A stretch of DNA of 64,000 nt from Candidatus Flemingiibacterium merdigallinarum (GTDB lineage Bacteria > Bacillota > Clostridia > Oscillospirales > CAG-272), in assembly GCA_904386005.1 (NCBI GenBank), contig CAJFKR010000001.1, positions 139,525-203,524 on the forward strand. The letters are read 5' to 3'. Shown one piece after another: positions 9,921-19,396 of this stretch. Positions within the stretch are counted from its first letter, which is position 1. Each line of letters starts with the position of its first letter. The translations under genes were made by a program, and so were the position numbers. The notes under the pieces are model-generated. The model made no database searches and was not told where the DNA came from. It was given only the letters and a program-made list of their open reading frames with translations.

Positions 9921-10039
9921 GTTTATATTTATCCTTTCATAGTTGTTAGTTGTTTATTTATTAGTTATTAGTTATTAGTTGTTAGTTATCAGTTGTTAGT
10001 TATCAGTTGTTAGGTTGGGGCTGCGGCTGATATTATATT

Positions 10040-10068
10040 ATTATACAATATAAATACGATTGTGTCAA
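10040..10068 (-). promoter_or_regulatory. sigma-A promoter of proS (TTGACA-17-TATAAT, exact consensus)
   Basis: On the minus strand, TTGACA is at 10063..10068 and TATAAT at 10040..10045, with a 17-nt spacer. Confidence 0.6.
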
Positions 10069-10132
10069 GATAAATCATGTTAATTCTCGAAATACAGATG
10101 CGCTTAGCTTTATATAAAAATCAGATGTACTC

Positions 10133-10161
10133 TTGACAGTGCGTGGAAATTCTGATATAAT
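10133..10161 (+). promoter_or_regulatory. sigma-A promoter of the downstream putative glycoside hydrolase gene (TTGACA-17-TGaTATAAT)
   Basis: TTGACA at 10133..10138 and TATAAT at 10156..10161, preceded by an extended -10 TG. Confidence 0.6.
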
Positions 10162-10202
10162 ATTGATACCAAATGACATTTTCCGAAAGGATGGATAATA
10201 AA

Positions 10203-12089
10203 ATGATGCTACGCGCTCCGGCTGTTCCGCTTATAACAGTCGACCCCTATTTCAGCGTCTGGTCGAACACCGACCGACTCAATGACAGCGATCCGGTTCA
10301 CTGGACCGGCAAGCCGAACACAATCTGCGGCGTCGTCGAAATCGACGGCAAGGACTACCGCTTCATGGGTACCGGCGGTGGAGAGCCGCTCACCCAGACC
10401 TCGCTCGACATCACCACAATGACGACCACATACACGTTCGAGGGAGCTGGAATCAAGCTTGTCGCACGCTTCTTCACGCCGTTATTCATGGACGACCTTA
10501 AGATAATGACCCGTCCGGTAAGCTACCTTGAGGTCAAAGCCGAGCCGGTCGACGGCAGCACGCACTCGCTGAAGCTGAAGCTCTACGCGTCCGAGGAGCT
10601 CTGCCTTGACAAGCGCGACCAGTATGAGGTCGTCACCGAAACGCTCGACATCGACGGTGTGAGCGCGGTGCGCATCGGCTCGAAGGATCAGCCGGTGCTC
10701 GAGAAAAAGGGCGACGACATCCGTATCGACTGGGGCTACTTCTACATGGCGGCGTGGTGCGCCGATGTTGCCGGTTACAAGTGTACCGACACCAATATGA
10801 ACTTTGTCATGCTCGAGAAGCCGTTTGAGGATCGTGTGCTCGCGGTGTTCGCGTATGACGACGTCTACTCGATAAACTACTTCGGCGACAAGCTGAAATC
10901 GGTCTGGAACAACGACGGCAAGACTATCGAGACGGCGATACGCGAGGCGTTCGGCGATTACGACGAGCTGCTCAAAAAAGCGGTCGAATTTGACGTAAAG
11001 CTGTGGTGCGACGCTGTCCGCGCCGGCGGCGAGAAGTACGCCGAGCTTTTGCAGCTCGCGTACCGTCAGGTCATCGCGGCGCACAAGGCGGTAGTCGACA
11101 AGGACGGCGAGCTGCTCTTTATCTCGAAGGAGTGCTTCTCGAACGGCTGCGCGGCGACGGTCGATGTAAGCTATCCGTCGATACCGATGTTCCTAATATA
11201 CAACCCCGAGCTGGTGCTCGGCATGATGCGCCCGATATTCAAGTACGCGGCGAGCGACGACTGGAAGTTCGACTTCGCGCCGCACGACGCGGGTCAGTAC
11301 CCGATAGTCACCGGTCAGGTCTACGGCTCGAATGCCGAGAGCTACCAGATGCCGGTCGAGGAGTGCGGCAATATGCTTATAATGACCGCGGCGGCAGCTC
11401 GCGCGAGCCGTGATTACAGCTTCGCGAAGGCGCACCTCGAGACGCTCGAGGGCTGGACGAAGTACCTTATCGAGTACGGAGTCGACCCGGCGAACCAGCT
11501 CTGCACCGACGATTTCGCCGGACACCTCGCGCACAACTGCAACCTGTCGCTGAAGGCTATCTCGGGAATCGCGGGAATGTCGATTATCTGCGACGGTATC
11601 GGCGAGACCGACAAGGCGGTCGAGTACATGAAAAAGGCGCGCGAGATTGCGATAAAGTGGCTGCTGCGCGCGTCGAACGGCGACGGAAGCTATCGACTCG
11701 CGTTCGACCGCAAGGGCACGTACAGCATGAAGTACAACATCGTCTGGGACAAGCTGTTCGGCACCGGACTCATGCCGCACGAGGTATTCGATGGCGAGAC
11801 CTGGGCGAACCGCCGTCACTTCAACGCGTACGGTATGCCGCTCGACAACCGCAAGACCTACACGAAGTCCGACTGGCTCGTCTGGACGGCGACCCTCTGC
11901 GACACGAAGGCTGACTTCGAGAGTTACATCGCGCCGCTCTGGGACGCGTACAACGTAATGCCGACCCGTGTTCCGATGACCGACTGGTACGACACCGTGA
12001 CGTCGGCTAAGGTCGGGTTCCAGCACCGCACGGTTCAGGGCGGACTGTACATAAAGCTGCTCGAATATTACGGTACGGTAAAGGCATAA
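10203..12089 (+). CDS. Glutaminase-A-like / DUF4965-DUF1793-family putative glycoside hydrolase
   Basis: N-terminus LRAPAVPLITVDPYFSVWS and overall architecture fit this family. GAAAGGATGG RBS precedes ATG 10203. The upstream ATG 10173 would be nearly leaderless. Confidence 0.7.
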   Translation: MMLRAPAVPLITVDPYFSVWSNTDRLNDSDPVHWTGKPNTICGVVEIDGKDYRFMGTGGGEPLTQTSLDITTMTTTYTFEGAGIKLVARFFTPLFMDDLKIMTRPVSYLEVKAEPVDGSTHSLKLKLYASEELCLDKRDQYEVVTETLDIDGVSAVRIGSKDQPVLEKKGDDIRIDWGYFYMAAWCADVAGYKCTDTNMNFVMLEKPFEDRVLAVFAYDDVYSINYFGDKLKSVWNNDGKTIETAIREAFGDYDELLKKAVEFDVKLWCDAVRAGGEKYAELLQLAYRQVIAAHKAVVDKDGELLFISKECFSNGCAATVDVSYPSIPMFLIYNPELVLGMMRPIFKYAASDDWKFDFAPHDAGQYPIVTGQVYGSNAESYQMPVEECGNMLIMTAAAARASRDYSFAKAHLETLEGWTKYLIEYGVDPANQLCTDDFAGHLAHNCNLSLKAISGIAGMSIICDGIGETDKAVEYMKKAREIAIKWLLRASNGDGSYRLAFDRKGTYSMKYNIVWDKLFGTGLMPHEVFDGETWANRRHFNAYGMPLDNRKTYTKSDWLVWTATLCDTKADFESYIAPLWDAYNVMPTRVPMTDWYDTVTSAKVGFQHRTVQGGLYIKLLEYYGTVKA

Positions 12090-12259
12090 GCAGACACTGA
12101 ATATAATTATTATGAACACAAGGGGCATGGAGACGCACTCTCCATGCCCTGAATTTTTTATGGAATAAAAATGTCGAAAATAATTCGTATAATATTGACA
12201 AATTCGGATTTATAGTGTATCATATGTATATAATTATCGGAGAGAAGGTGCTTGACGGT

Positions 12260-12529
12260 ATGCGTGAATTATTCATTTTTATATTAACGGCAGCCCTATT
12301 CTTTGTTTTACAGCAGCAGCTGATACGGCGATGCGACCGGAAGGCGGTGCAGCTGATACCGATTTATCTGATTTCGGCGGCTTATGCGACCGCGATCACG
12401 CTGTTCATTATCGACCGTTTTACTGCCGGCGGCGTGCTTTTCAAAACGATTGTCGCTTTGCTCATAGCGGCATTGGCCACGGCTGCGTTGATTGGAGCCG
12501 GTATCGCGTGGCTTTACGAAAAGGTGTAA
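12260..12529 (+). CDS. Small integral membrane protein, unknown function
   Basis: Three predicted hydrophobic helices and a GGAGAGAAGGTG RBS. No recognisable family. Confidence 0.45.
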   Translation: MRELFIFILTAALFFVLQQQLIRRCDRKAVQLIPIYLISAAYATAITLFIIDRFTAGGVLFKTIVALLIAALATAALIGAGIAWLYEKV

Positions 12530-12560
12530 AATTTAATCATAATCGAAAGGAGCAATTACC

Positions 12561-13457
12561 ATGAAACACAAACTGCGCAAACTTCTCGCGATGATCATGA
12601 CGCTGTGCATGATTATCCCCACACTCGCTACCGGAGCGGCTGCAACCGACACGACTACCGCTCCATTTACCGATATCGCCGGTCACTGGGCGGAGGACAC
12701 AATCACCCGCTGGGCTGATGTAGGTATTGTCAACGGATATCCGGACGGGACATTCAGACCGGATGAATTTATCACACGAGCCGAGCTTGCGAAGATTGTG
12801 ACGCTCGCGTTCGGGCTCGAAACCGAATCTGACGCTCCGCTCGCTGACTGCGACCCTGACGCGTGGTATTATGAATACGTTAGAACCGCAGCTGACTACA
12901 TACCGAAATATCCATACATAGTTGGCTACGAGTCGGTGCTCATTTATCATAATAACACTTCGACTGGAAATTTTCTGCCGGATGAGCCGGTGCTGCGCTA
13001 TCATGCAGCCGACGCGTTTGCGACGCTCGCACTCGAGTATGGCGGCATGACGCTTGAGATTCCCGAGGATGAATACGAGGTTCACGCGGCGATATCGGAA
13101 GTTTTCTTGGACGAGTCGATACAGAGCTTTCCGACTTACTACCACCTGTTCCGGCCGAGCAATCCCACCGACCCGAATCTGATCCGTTTGCAGAATTCAA
13201 TTTATGCGGTCTACAAGCTGGGACTGATGACCGGTACGCCGACCGATGGCGGGTTTTATTTCTTCCCATTTATTGGTCTGTCCCGCGCGGAGGTGCTGAC
13301 TATACTTGACCGTATTCTCACGCCGGAGGAAGTAAGCGAGAATATGAACGGCACCGAAACAGCGGAGGAGAGCGAGCCGGTAGAGACTGAACCAGTAGAG
13401 ACAGAACCGGTAGAGACCGAGCCTGTCGAAACCGAGTTGCCAATTTTGATATTCTAA
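12561..13457 (+). CDS. Secreted SLH-domain protein, paralog A, with EPVET x4 C-terminal repeat
   Basis: Signal peptide MKHKLRKLLAMIMTLCMIIPTLATGAAA. SLH motif FTDIAGHWAEDTITRWADVGIVNGYPDGTFRPDEFITRAELAKIV. AAAGGAG RBS. Confidence 0.75.
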   Translation: MKHKLRKLLAMIMTLCMIIPTLATGAAATDTTTAPFTDIAGHWAEDTITRWADVGIVNGYPDGTFRPDEFITRAELAKIVTLAFGLETESDAPLADCDPDAWYYEYVRTAADYIPKYPYIVGYESVLIYHNNTSTGNFLPDEPVLRYHAADAFATLALEYGGMTLEIPEDEYEVHAAISEVFLDESIQSFPTYYHLFRPSNPTDPNLIRLQNSIYAVYKLGLMTGTPTDGGFYFFPFIGLSRAEVLTILDRILTPEEVSENMNGTETAEESEPVETEPVETEPVETEPVETELPILIF

Positions 13458-13477
13458 TTTCGAAAGGAGCAATTACC

Positions 13478-15058
13478 ATGAAACACAAACTGCGCAAACT
13501 ACTCGCGATGATCATGACGCTGTGCATGATTATCCCCACACTCGTGACCGGAGCGGCTGCTGACGACGCGCCGTTCTCTGATATCGCCGGACACTGGGCA
13601 GAGGACACAATCACCCGCTGGGCTGATGTAGGCATTGTCAACGGTTATCCGGACGGGACGTTCAGACCGGATGAATTCATCACCCGCGCGGAACTTGCGA
13701 AGATTGTGACGCTGGCGTTCGGGCTGACTGAAAAGACTGTGACCGAACTCAATGGAATCGACCCGGACGAATGGTATTACAACTATGTCTTGACTGCGGC
13801 GGATTTTATAACTTTGCAACCGATGTCTTTTCTACCGGAAGAGCTACATTTTTATCGTGTAAATCGAAGCGGCGCCAATGAGTTCTTTCCGAATGAACCT
13901 GCGCTGCGCTATCAGGCTGCCGAAGCTTTTGTACAGCTGAAAATATACGCTGACGGCGGTCTGACAAAAGAGATGCCGGAAACTGAAAATACTCAAACTC
14001 TTACGATTCCACAAAGCGATATCACTGTTGAAGTTCCCAGCGCATTTGAAATATTTTTGGAATTAAGGGAAACATTCAATGATTCCGAAATCGGACCACA
14101 AATAATGATGCTCGGTCCGGGCAGATGGGATACAAACCAGATGCGGAATGTTACATTCATGTGGCTCGCTTATGAACTTGGTATCATGCAAGGCGAAATA
14201 GAAGCGGATGGCAGATATTTTCATCCCAACGATTCGCTGACCCGCGCAGAGGTGTTGACCATACTCGACCGCATTCTCACGCCTGAACAGGCGGCTGCTA
14301 ACATGGCTGCTGCCGAAGCTGCGCTTGATGTGCCTGCGCCCGAGCCTGAGCCCGAACCGGTAGAGCTGCCTATACCCGACGGAACCGTTCCGGAGTCAAT
14401 CGACCTTGCCGACCCGAAATACAACATCACGCTGACCCGTGCGCAGTTCGCCGAGCTGCTCACAGTCGCGTTCGACCTTGACGGCGAAACCTCGCTTGCG
14501 CTCACCGACGTTGACCCGAACAGCGAATATTACAGTTACATCAAGGCGGCGGCTGATTATATCCCGAAATTCACCGGATATGAAATGCGCACCGAGGTTG
14601 ACGCGTATTATCAGGCGCAAAACCAATCTCGATACGACGATTTCCTGCCGGACGAGACTATTCTGCGTATGCACGCGTCGCAGTCGTTTACAGATATATA
14701 TGAGCTTCTGTACGGTGTTGAGTTCCCGATTCCGGATGATGCTTATGAGACAGCAGGTGTGATTTCGGCTTATTATGCAGACCCTTCCATAACATCAGTG
14801 GGAGGATTTCTGAATCCTATGATGCGCCCGGGATTTATTGCTGGTAATGTACTGCAATTCCAAAACGCAATCTACACTGGACATGTTCTCGGCATAATGA
14901 ACGATCGAATCGGCACTGACGGGCTGACCTACTTCCTGCCGTACGACGCGCTGACGCTGTCCGACGCGCTCTATTCGATTTTCAAGCTGCTGCCCTCTGA
15001 CGACGCGGAGGTGTTCGCGTCCGAGCTTGATAGCCTGTCGTTCATGCAGGCTGAATAA
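13478..15058 (+). CDS. Secreted SLH-domain protein, paralog B (two copies of the module found in paralog A)
   Basis: The RBS, signal peptide and first SLH motif are near-identical to those of 12561..13457. A second module begins near ITLTRAQFAELLTVAFDL. Confidence 0.75.
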   Translation: MKHKLRKLLAMIMTLCMIIPTLVTGAAADDAPFSDIAGHWAEDTITRWADVGIVNGYPDGTFRPDEFITRAELAKIVTLAFGLTEKTVTELNGIDPDEWYYNYVLTAADFITLQPMSFLPEELHFYRVNRSGANEFFPNEPALRYQAAEAFVQLKIYADGGLTKEMPETENTQTLTIPQSDITVEVPSAFEIFLELRETFNDSEIGPQIMMLGPGRWDTNQMRNVTFMWLAYELGIMQGEIEADGRYFHPNDSLTRAEVLTILDRILTPEQAAANMAAAEAALDVPAPEPEPEPVELPIPDGTVPESIDLADPKYNITLTRAQFAELLTVAFDLDGETSLALTDVDPNSEYYSYIKAAADYIPKFTGYEMRTEVDAYYQAQNQSRYDDFLPDETILRMHASQSFTDIYELLYGVEFPIPDDAYETAGVISAYYADPSITSVGGFLNPMMRPGFIAGNVLQFQNAIYTGHVLGIMNDRIGTDGLTYFLPYDALTLSDALYSIFKLLPSDDAEVFASELDSLSFMQAE

Positions 15059-15154
15059 TATTTTTAATAAAGCTCTTGCATTTTTCCGGAAAACAAGGTA
15101 TAATAGTATTGCTGCAAGGCAATCAAAATATATCCTGCACAAAGGAGAAACAAT

Positions 15155-15877
15155 ATGGAATACGGTCTTCAGATGTACAGCGTACGCGACATCACCGGCA
15201 ACGATCTCGCAGGCGCGCTGAAAAAGGTAGCTGAAATCGGCTATAAATTCGTAGAATTCGCGGGCTTCTTCGGTCATCCCGCTGAGGAAGTAAAGGCTAT
15301 GCTCGACGAGTACGGACTCAAGGTCAGCGGTACTCACTCGGGTCTCGGCGACCTCGACAACGATTTCGCCGGAACGGTCAAGTACCACAAGACTCTCGGC
15401 AACACGAACTACATAGTCCCGGGCGCTCCGTGGGACACCAAGGAAGGTCTCGATTCGACTATCGAAAAGCTGAACAAGTATCAGCCGATGCTCGCGGCTG
15501 AGGGAATCACGCTCGGTTACCACAACCATGACGGTGAGTTCAAGCCGAATAAGGACGGTCAGATCGCTCACGCCGAAATGGAAGCTCGCACCAGCGTCGA
15601 CTTCGAAATCGACACCTACTGGGCATTCTGCGCCGGCCGCGACCCGATCGAGACTATAACCCGCCTCAAGGACAGAGTACACGTCATTCACCTGAAGGAC
15701 GGCACTCGCGACCGCAAGGGTCTCGCGCTCGGCGAGGGCGAAGCTCCGGTGGCGGCAGTCCGCGCTAAGGCGATCGAACTCGGTATGCGCATGGTAGTCG
15801 AGAGCGAAGGTCTCGACCCGACCGGTATCGAGGAAGTCACCCGCTGCTTCAAGTACCTGATGACGCTCGAGAAATAA
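15155..15877 (+). CDS. Sugar phosphate isomerase/epimerase (xylose-isomerase-like TIM barrel)
   Basis: MEYGLQMYSVRD...IGYKFVEFAGFFG...HNHDGEF...VIHLKDG pattern. AAAGGAGAAA RBS. Confidence 0.8.
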   Translation: MEYGLQMYSVRDITGNDLAGALKKVAEIGYKFVEFAGFFGHPAEEVKAMLDEYGLKVSGTHSGLGDLDNDFAGTVKYHKTLGNTNYIVPGAPWDTKEGLDSTIEKLNKYQPMLAAEGITLGYHNHDGEFKPNKDGQIAHAEMEARTSVDFEIDTYWAFCAGRDPIETITRLKDRVHVIHLKDGTRDRKGLALGEGEAPVAAVRAKAIELGMRMVVESEGLDPTGIEEVTRCFKYLMTLEK

Positions 15878-15890
15878 TCTGATTTATATT

Positions 15891-15927
15891 CAGCCGTATA
15901 CGCAGACCGTATGCGGCTGATTTTTTT
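15891..15927 (+). terminator. Rho-independent terminator
   Basis: Stem cagccgtata.../...atgcggctg followed by T7. Confidence 0.65.
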
Positions 15928-16071
15928 GAAAATATTTACGAAAGTAGTTGACAATGCCGAAATAATACTGTATACTATAGTTATACAGTAAATATCCGTA
16001 TTCTATATTGGCAGCAATATTCTATATGGAGCTGACCGAAAAATCAGCTCTTTGTTTTAGGAGGTATCGAT

Positions 16072-16668
16072 ATGCGTGAATGCGAGGACTATGGCAAATA
16101 CGAACGCTGCAAGCATTGCCGTATGCACAAAAGACCGATGTCAAGGCGGCGAATCATTCTGCTTATCGTGCTCGGTGCAATCGTACTGCTGATTGCGGGG
16201 ACTGCCATCGGCTTCGTCGCGTTTGTAAAGAGCGGCGGATATCAGCTGCTCGACGATGTGCTCACTAAAGATACTGTCGAGCGTGTGACGCTGACCTATG
16301 GTATTATCGGCTACGAGCTTGAACTGCGCCCGGGTACGGTCGAATTTTACAGAGCGATAGCGTATACCGAGGATTTGCGCGTATACTTCTGGAGCATCGA
16401 CACCGACATGAACTGGAACGTGAGCGAGACGGTTATATTCGGTGGTCCTCCGCCGGTCGGTATCAATTTTTACCTGAAGGACGGCTCGACGCATCGGGTC
16501 GCGCTTACTGGTACGCGCTACTTCTTCAAGCACAATGTACACAATATCATCGTCGACGGCACGTCGTACATAACCGACGGCTGGCGTATTGAGGAATTGG
16601 GTAAGTTTGTTGAGCCCTACGTCGAGGATCTCATCGAGGGAAACAAGGAATATCAGAATCAACAATGA
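16072..16668 (+). CDS. Hypothetical single-pass membrane protein with Cys-rich N-terminus
   Basis: TM segment IILLIVLGAIVLLIAGTAIGFVAF. Its stop overlaps the start of the next gene (ATGA). No family recognised. Confidence 0.5.
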   Translation: MRECEDYGKYERCKHCRMHKRPMSRRRIILLIVLGAIVLLIAGTAIGFVAFVKSGGYQLLDDVLTKDTVERVTLTYGIIGYELELRPGTVEFYRAIAYTEDLRVYFWSIDTDMNWNVSETVIFGGPPPVGINFYLKDGSTHRVALTGTRYFFKHNVHNIIVDGTSYITDGWRIEELGKFVEPYVEDLIEGNKEYQNQQ

Positions 16669-17243
16669 ATGACATTATCTATCGTGAGCTTGAAGCGTCC
16701 GAGCTCGTACCCGAACTGTTCGCAGACTTCATTCGGCGGCAGGTCGTGAATCTCTGCTACCGCCATCCCGACGCGACCGCGTCTGACCCGGGCAAAGCTG
16801 CCGGATGGGTAGTCCGCCCCGACCCGTTTGTCGACGACTGGACGGACGACGACCACACCCGCGTGTCGGCAGACCTTTTATGCATAGTCGAATCAGGCGG
16901 GCTTGTATACGGCGCGTTCGTACCTGCCGAACCGAACGCGGGCAGACTCGTCGGCTTCATCTCAGTCGAGCCGGAGATATTCGGCGAGCGGCGATACATG
17001 GATCTTTCACATCTGCACGTGTCGGAGGATATGCGCGGCAGAGGTATCGGCGGCAAGCTGCTCGAATACGCGAAGCTGTGGGCTGCCAAGCAGGGAGCGC
17101 TGAGGTTATATATATCGGCACACTCCGCGCTTGAGTCGCAGAATTTCTACCGCCGCCGCGGCTGTATCGACGCCGTCGAGCCGCAGGATGAGCATATCGC
17201 GGAAGAGCCGTTCGACTGTCAGCTCGAATGCGACTGTATATAG
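16665..17243 (+). CDS. GNAT-family N-acetyltransferase
   Basis: Acetyl-CoA binding motif RGRGIGGKLLEYAKLWAAKQG. Confidence 0.8.
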   Translation: MNDIIYRELEASELVPELFADFIRRQVVNLCYRHPDATASDPGKAAGWVVRPDPFVDDWTDDDHTRVSADLLCIVESGGLVYGAFVPAEPNAGRLVGFISVEPEIFGERRYMDLSHLHVSEDMRGRGIGGKLLEYAKLWAAKQGALRLYISAHSALESQNFYRRRGCIDAVEPQDEHIAEEPFDCQLECDCI

Positions 17244-17316
17244 GCGTCATATCCGACCGCGAGCCTTCATAGACAATATACGTACAATTGTGAAAATGAA
17301 TCGCGCGGTATTAAAG

Positions 17317-17350
17317 CAAAATCGTCAGGTGTCAGCCTGACGATTTTGTT
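17317..17350 (+). terminator. Rho-independent terminator
   Basis: 13-bp stem caaaatcgtcagg/cctgacgattttg with a T-rich tail. Confidence 0.65.
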
Positions 17351-17354
17351 ATAT

Positions 17355-17446
17355 TGGCGGAGAAGCAGAGATTCGAACTCTGGAGACCCTTTTAAGGCCT
17401 ACACGATTTCCAATCGTGCGCCCTCGACCAGCTAGGCGACTTCTCC
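17355..17446 (-). tRNA. tRNA-Ser (anticodon GGA) with encoded CCA
   Basis: Hand-folded cloverleaf. Acceptor GGAGAAG/CTTCTCC. Anticodon stem CACGA/TCGTG with loop TTGGAAA. Long variable arm. T-arm CAGAG-TTCGAAT-CTCTG. Discriminator G plus CCA. Confidence 0.93.
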
Positions 17447-17474
17447 ATGTCCTATTAAGGTCGATTACCTTAAC

Positions 17475-17503
17475 AGTATACCACATTTCCGCCTGTTTGT
17501 CAA
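17475..17503 (-). promoter_or_regulatory. sigma-A promoter of tRNA-Ser (TTGACA-17-TGgTATACT)
   Basis: On the minus strand, TTGACA is at 17498..17503 and TATACT at 17475..17480, with a 17-nt spacer. Confidence 0.55.
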
Positions 17504-17616
17504 GGGGTATATCGAATTTTCCTCGCGATTCCGATTGAATTTTGCGCATGACCGCGGCTGCGCGCCGGTTCTTGAGTCTTTATTGACCATAGTCACAGCG
17601 AAAGCCGGCGTTATGG

Positions 17617-18552
17617 TCAGAGATTCCGATATTTCAGATACTTCTTCCGATAGTCAGTCGGCGATATCTCCTTCGCCGCGCGGAACGCGCGGTAGAAATT
17701 CGAGACGTCGCCGAAGCCGGTCTCGAGCGCAATGTCGAGTATCGACATATCCGAGCCGACGAGCAGCTTCTCGGCGCCGCTCAGACGTATCTCGATAAGA
17801 TAGTCCTTTGGCGTCTGACCGGTCACCTCGCGGAAGCCGGCGCGCAGCTGAGATATGCTCATGCAGCAGAGCTGCGCCAAATCCTCGATTTTCACAACCT
17901 TCATGTAGTTGTCACGTATGTATTCGAGCGCCGGCTTCAGCCGTTCGAGCTTCGGGTTGACTATGCAGCCCAGCTTCTTTTCATCAACGCTCGCCCGCGC
18001 GTTCAGCACGAGCAGCTCGGTCAGCATGGCCATGATAATCATGTACCGCCCCGGCTGGTCGGCAAGGCTCTCGGTGACAATCCGTCGTATCAGCGACGCT
18101 ATCATCGGATGCCGTTCGGCGTCGATTATGCCGGATATGCCGATTTCATTGTGTATCATGTCGATTATCTCTGAGTAGTTCGAGTGTCCGGTCTCGCTGC
18201 ACAGCCGCCCCAAATCTATCTGTATGAAGTTCCACAGGCTGTGACCGCCCGCCTTGCTGCGCGATATGTGATACTCATATGGAAAGAATATTTCAACATC
18301 ATCGGTCTTTGTGTCGTATATTCCGTGAACGGTGTGGCACTCTCCGACTCCGGCACGACAGAGCCCGAGCTCAATTGTGTCGTGAAAATGCAGCGCGCCG
18401 ATCTCGTTCTCCGGCAGCTCGTACAGCGAACAGTATACAATCTGTCGGTCGGCAGGCTGGTTTTTGTCAAAGCCATAATAATTATCGAATACAGGTGAAT
18501 CATATCGAGCGATAGTATTATTAAAATCTTTAGTATCGTTAACTTTTTGCAT
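17617..18552 (-). CDS. AraC-family transcriptional regulator (cupin-like sensor + HTH)
   Basis: C-terminal AraC HTH (ILDIALETGFGDVSNFYRAFRAAKEISPTDYRKK). AAAGGAG RBS 8 nt before ATG 18552. Confidence 0.85.
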   Translation of the reverse strand: MQKVNDTKDFNNTIARYDSPVFDNYYGFDKNQPADRQIVYCSLYELPENEIGALHFHDTIELGLCRAGVGECHTVHGIYDTKTDDVEIFFPYEYHISRSKAGGHSLWNFIQIDLGRLCSETGHSNYSEIIDMIHNEIGISGIIDAERHPMIASLIRRIVTESLADQPGRYMIIMAMLTELLVLNARASVDEKKLGCIVNPKLERLKPALEYIRDNYMKVVKIEDLAQLCCMSISQLRAGFREVTGQTPKDYLIEIRLSGAEKLLVGSDMSILDIALETGFGDVSNFYRAFRAAKEISPTDYRKKYLKYRNL

Positions 18553-18790
18553 GAAATTCACTCCTTTTTGCATTGAATTTTCTTTGACATACGTGTATAA
18601 TGATTATATCATGTGCGAATACACACGGCGATATGTTCATAATCGAACAAATGGGAACGCTTTGATATGGGCAGTCAATGATGTGTATTATTGTGCGCCG
18701 GGGACGGTCATACACGCCCTGCCGCCGCGGTGAGAAATTTCCGCGGTCGTGCTCGCGGCGCACCCAAAAATTACGAAAGGAAGTATCATC

Positions 18791-19396
18791 ATGAAGAAAA
18801 TTGCTTCAGCTATTCTTACGCTCGCGCTCGCGGCTACTCTCCCGCTCGGTCTGTCGGCAGCCGGCGAATCGGCTTTCGAAAATGTAATGATCACCGCTGA
18901 TACCAAGCTCTATGACGAGGGCGGTACCGACAATCCTATCGCTTATATGGAAGCTTACGGTGTAGGTTACTCCAGCAAGGGCGACCAGGTTATCTTTGAG
19001 GACATCGACTTCGGCGAAAACGGCGCTGATAAGATGTATATCAACTTCTCCTACGGCAACGAGAGCAACTCCACCAACCTTGAGGTTTACATCGACGAGG
19101 TCGCAGGCGAGCCGGCGGCTAAGTACAACATCGGTTACACCGGTGGTTGGGAATCCACATATGCCGAGGAATTCGAGACCGATATCTCCGTACCGGCAGG
19201 CACGCACGACATAATTGTCCTGTTCACCGACGAGACCGGTTCGTTCAACTACATCCGCTTCGACGAGGCTCCTCCGGCTCCGGTAGAAGAAGCTCCGGCA
19301 GAAGCTCCGCAGACCGCTGACCCGCTCACCATCACCGCTGCAATCGCAGCAGCAACGGCAGCCGGCGCAGTTGTCTTTAAGAAGCGCGCAAAATAA
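18791..19396 (+). CDS. Secreted CBM6/CBM35-like carbohydrate-binding protein with C-terminal hydrophobic anchor and basic tail
   Basis: Signal MKKIASAILTLALAATLPLGLSAAG. A beta-sandwich-like core. C-terminus PQTADPLTITAAIAAATAAGAVVFKKRAK. Confidence 0.65.
   Translation: MKKIASAILTLALAATLPLGLSAAGESAFENVMITADTKLYDEGGTDNPIAYMEAYGVGYSSKGDQVIFEDIDFGENGADKMYINFSYGNESNSTNLEVYIDEVAGEPAAKYNIGYTGGWESTYAEEFETDISVPAGTHDIIVLFTDETGSFNYIRFDEAPPAPVEEAPAEAPQTADPLTITAAIAAATAAGAVVFKKRAK

Noticed and set aside
9941-10014. Possible CRISPR arrays at the tandem-repeat tracts (9941..10014, 5789..5914, 20987..21080, 28438..28549).
   Set aside because: The units are contiguous with no unique spacers. The periods (7-34 nt) and copy numbers do not fit repeat-spacer architecture. 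No cas genes are present in the window.
9921-10039. Expected T-box riboswitch upstream of proS.
   Set aside because: The leader lacks every T-box landmark (no AGAGA/GNUGGNA Stem I motifs, no F-box, no GGUGGUA core). It is essentially an unstructured repeat.
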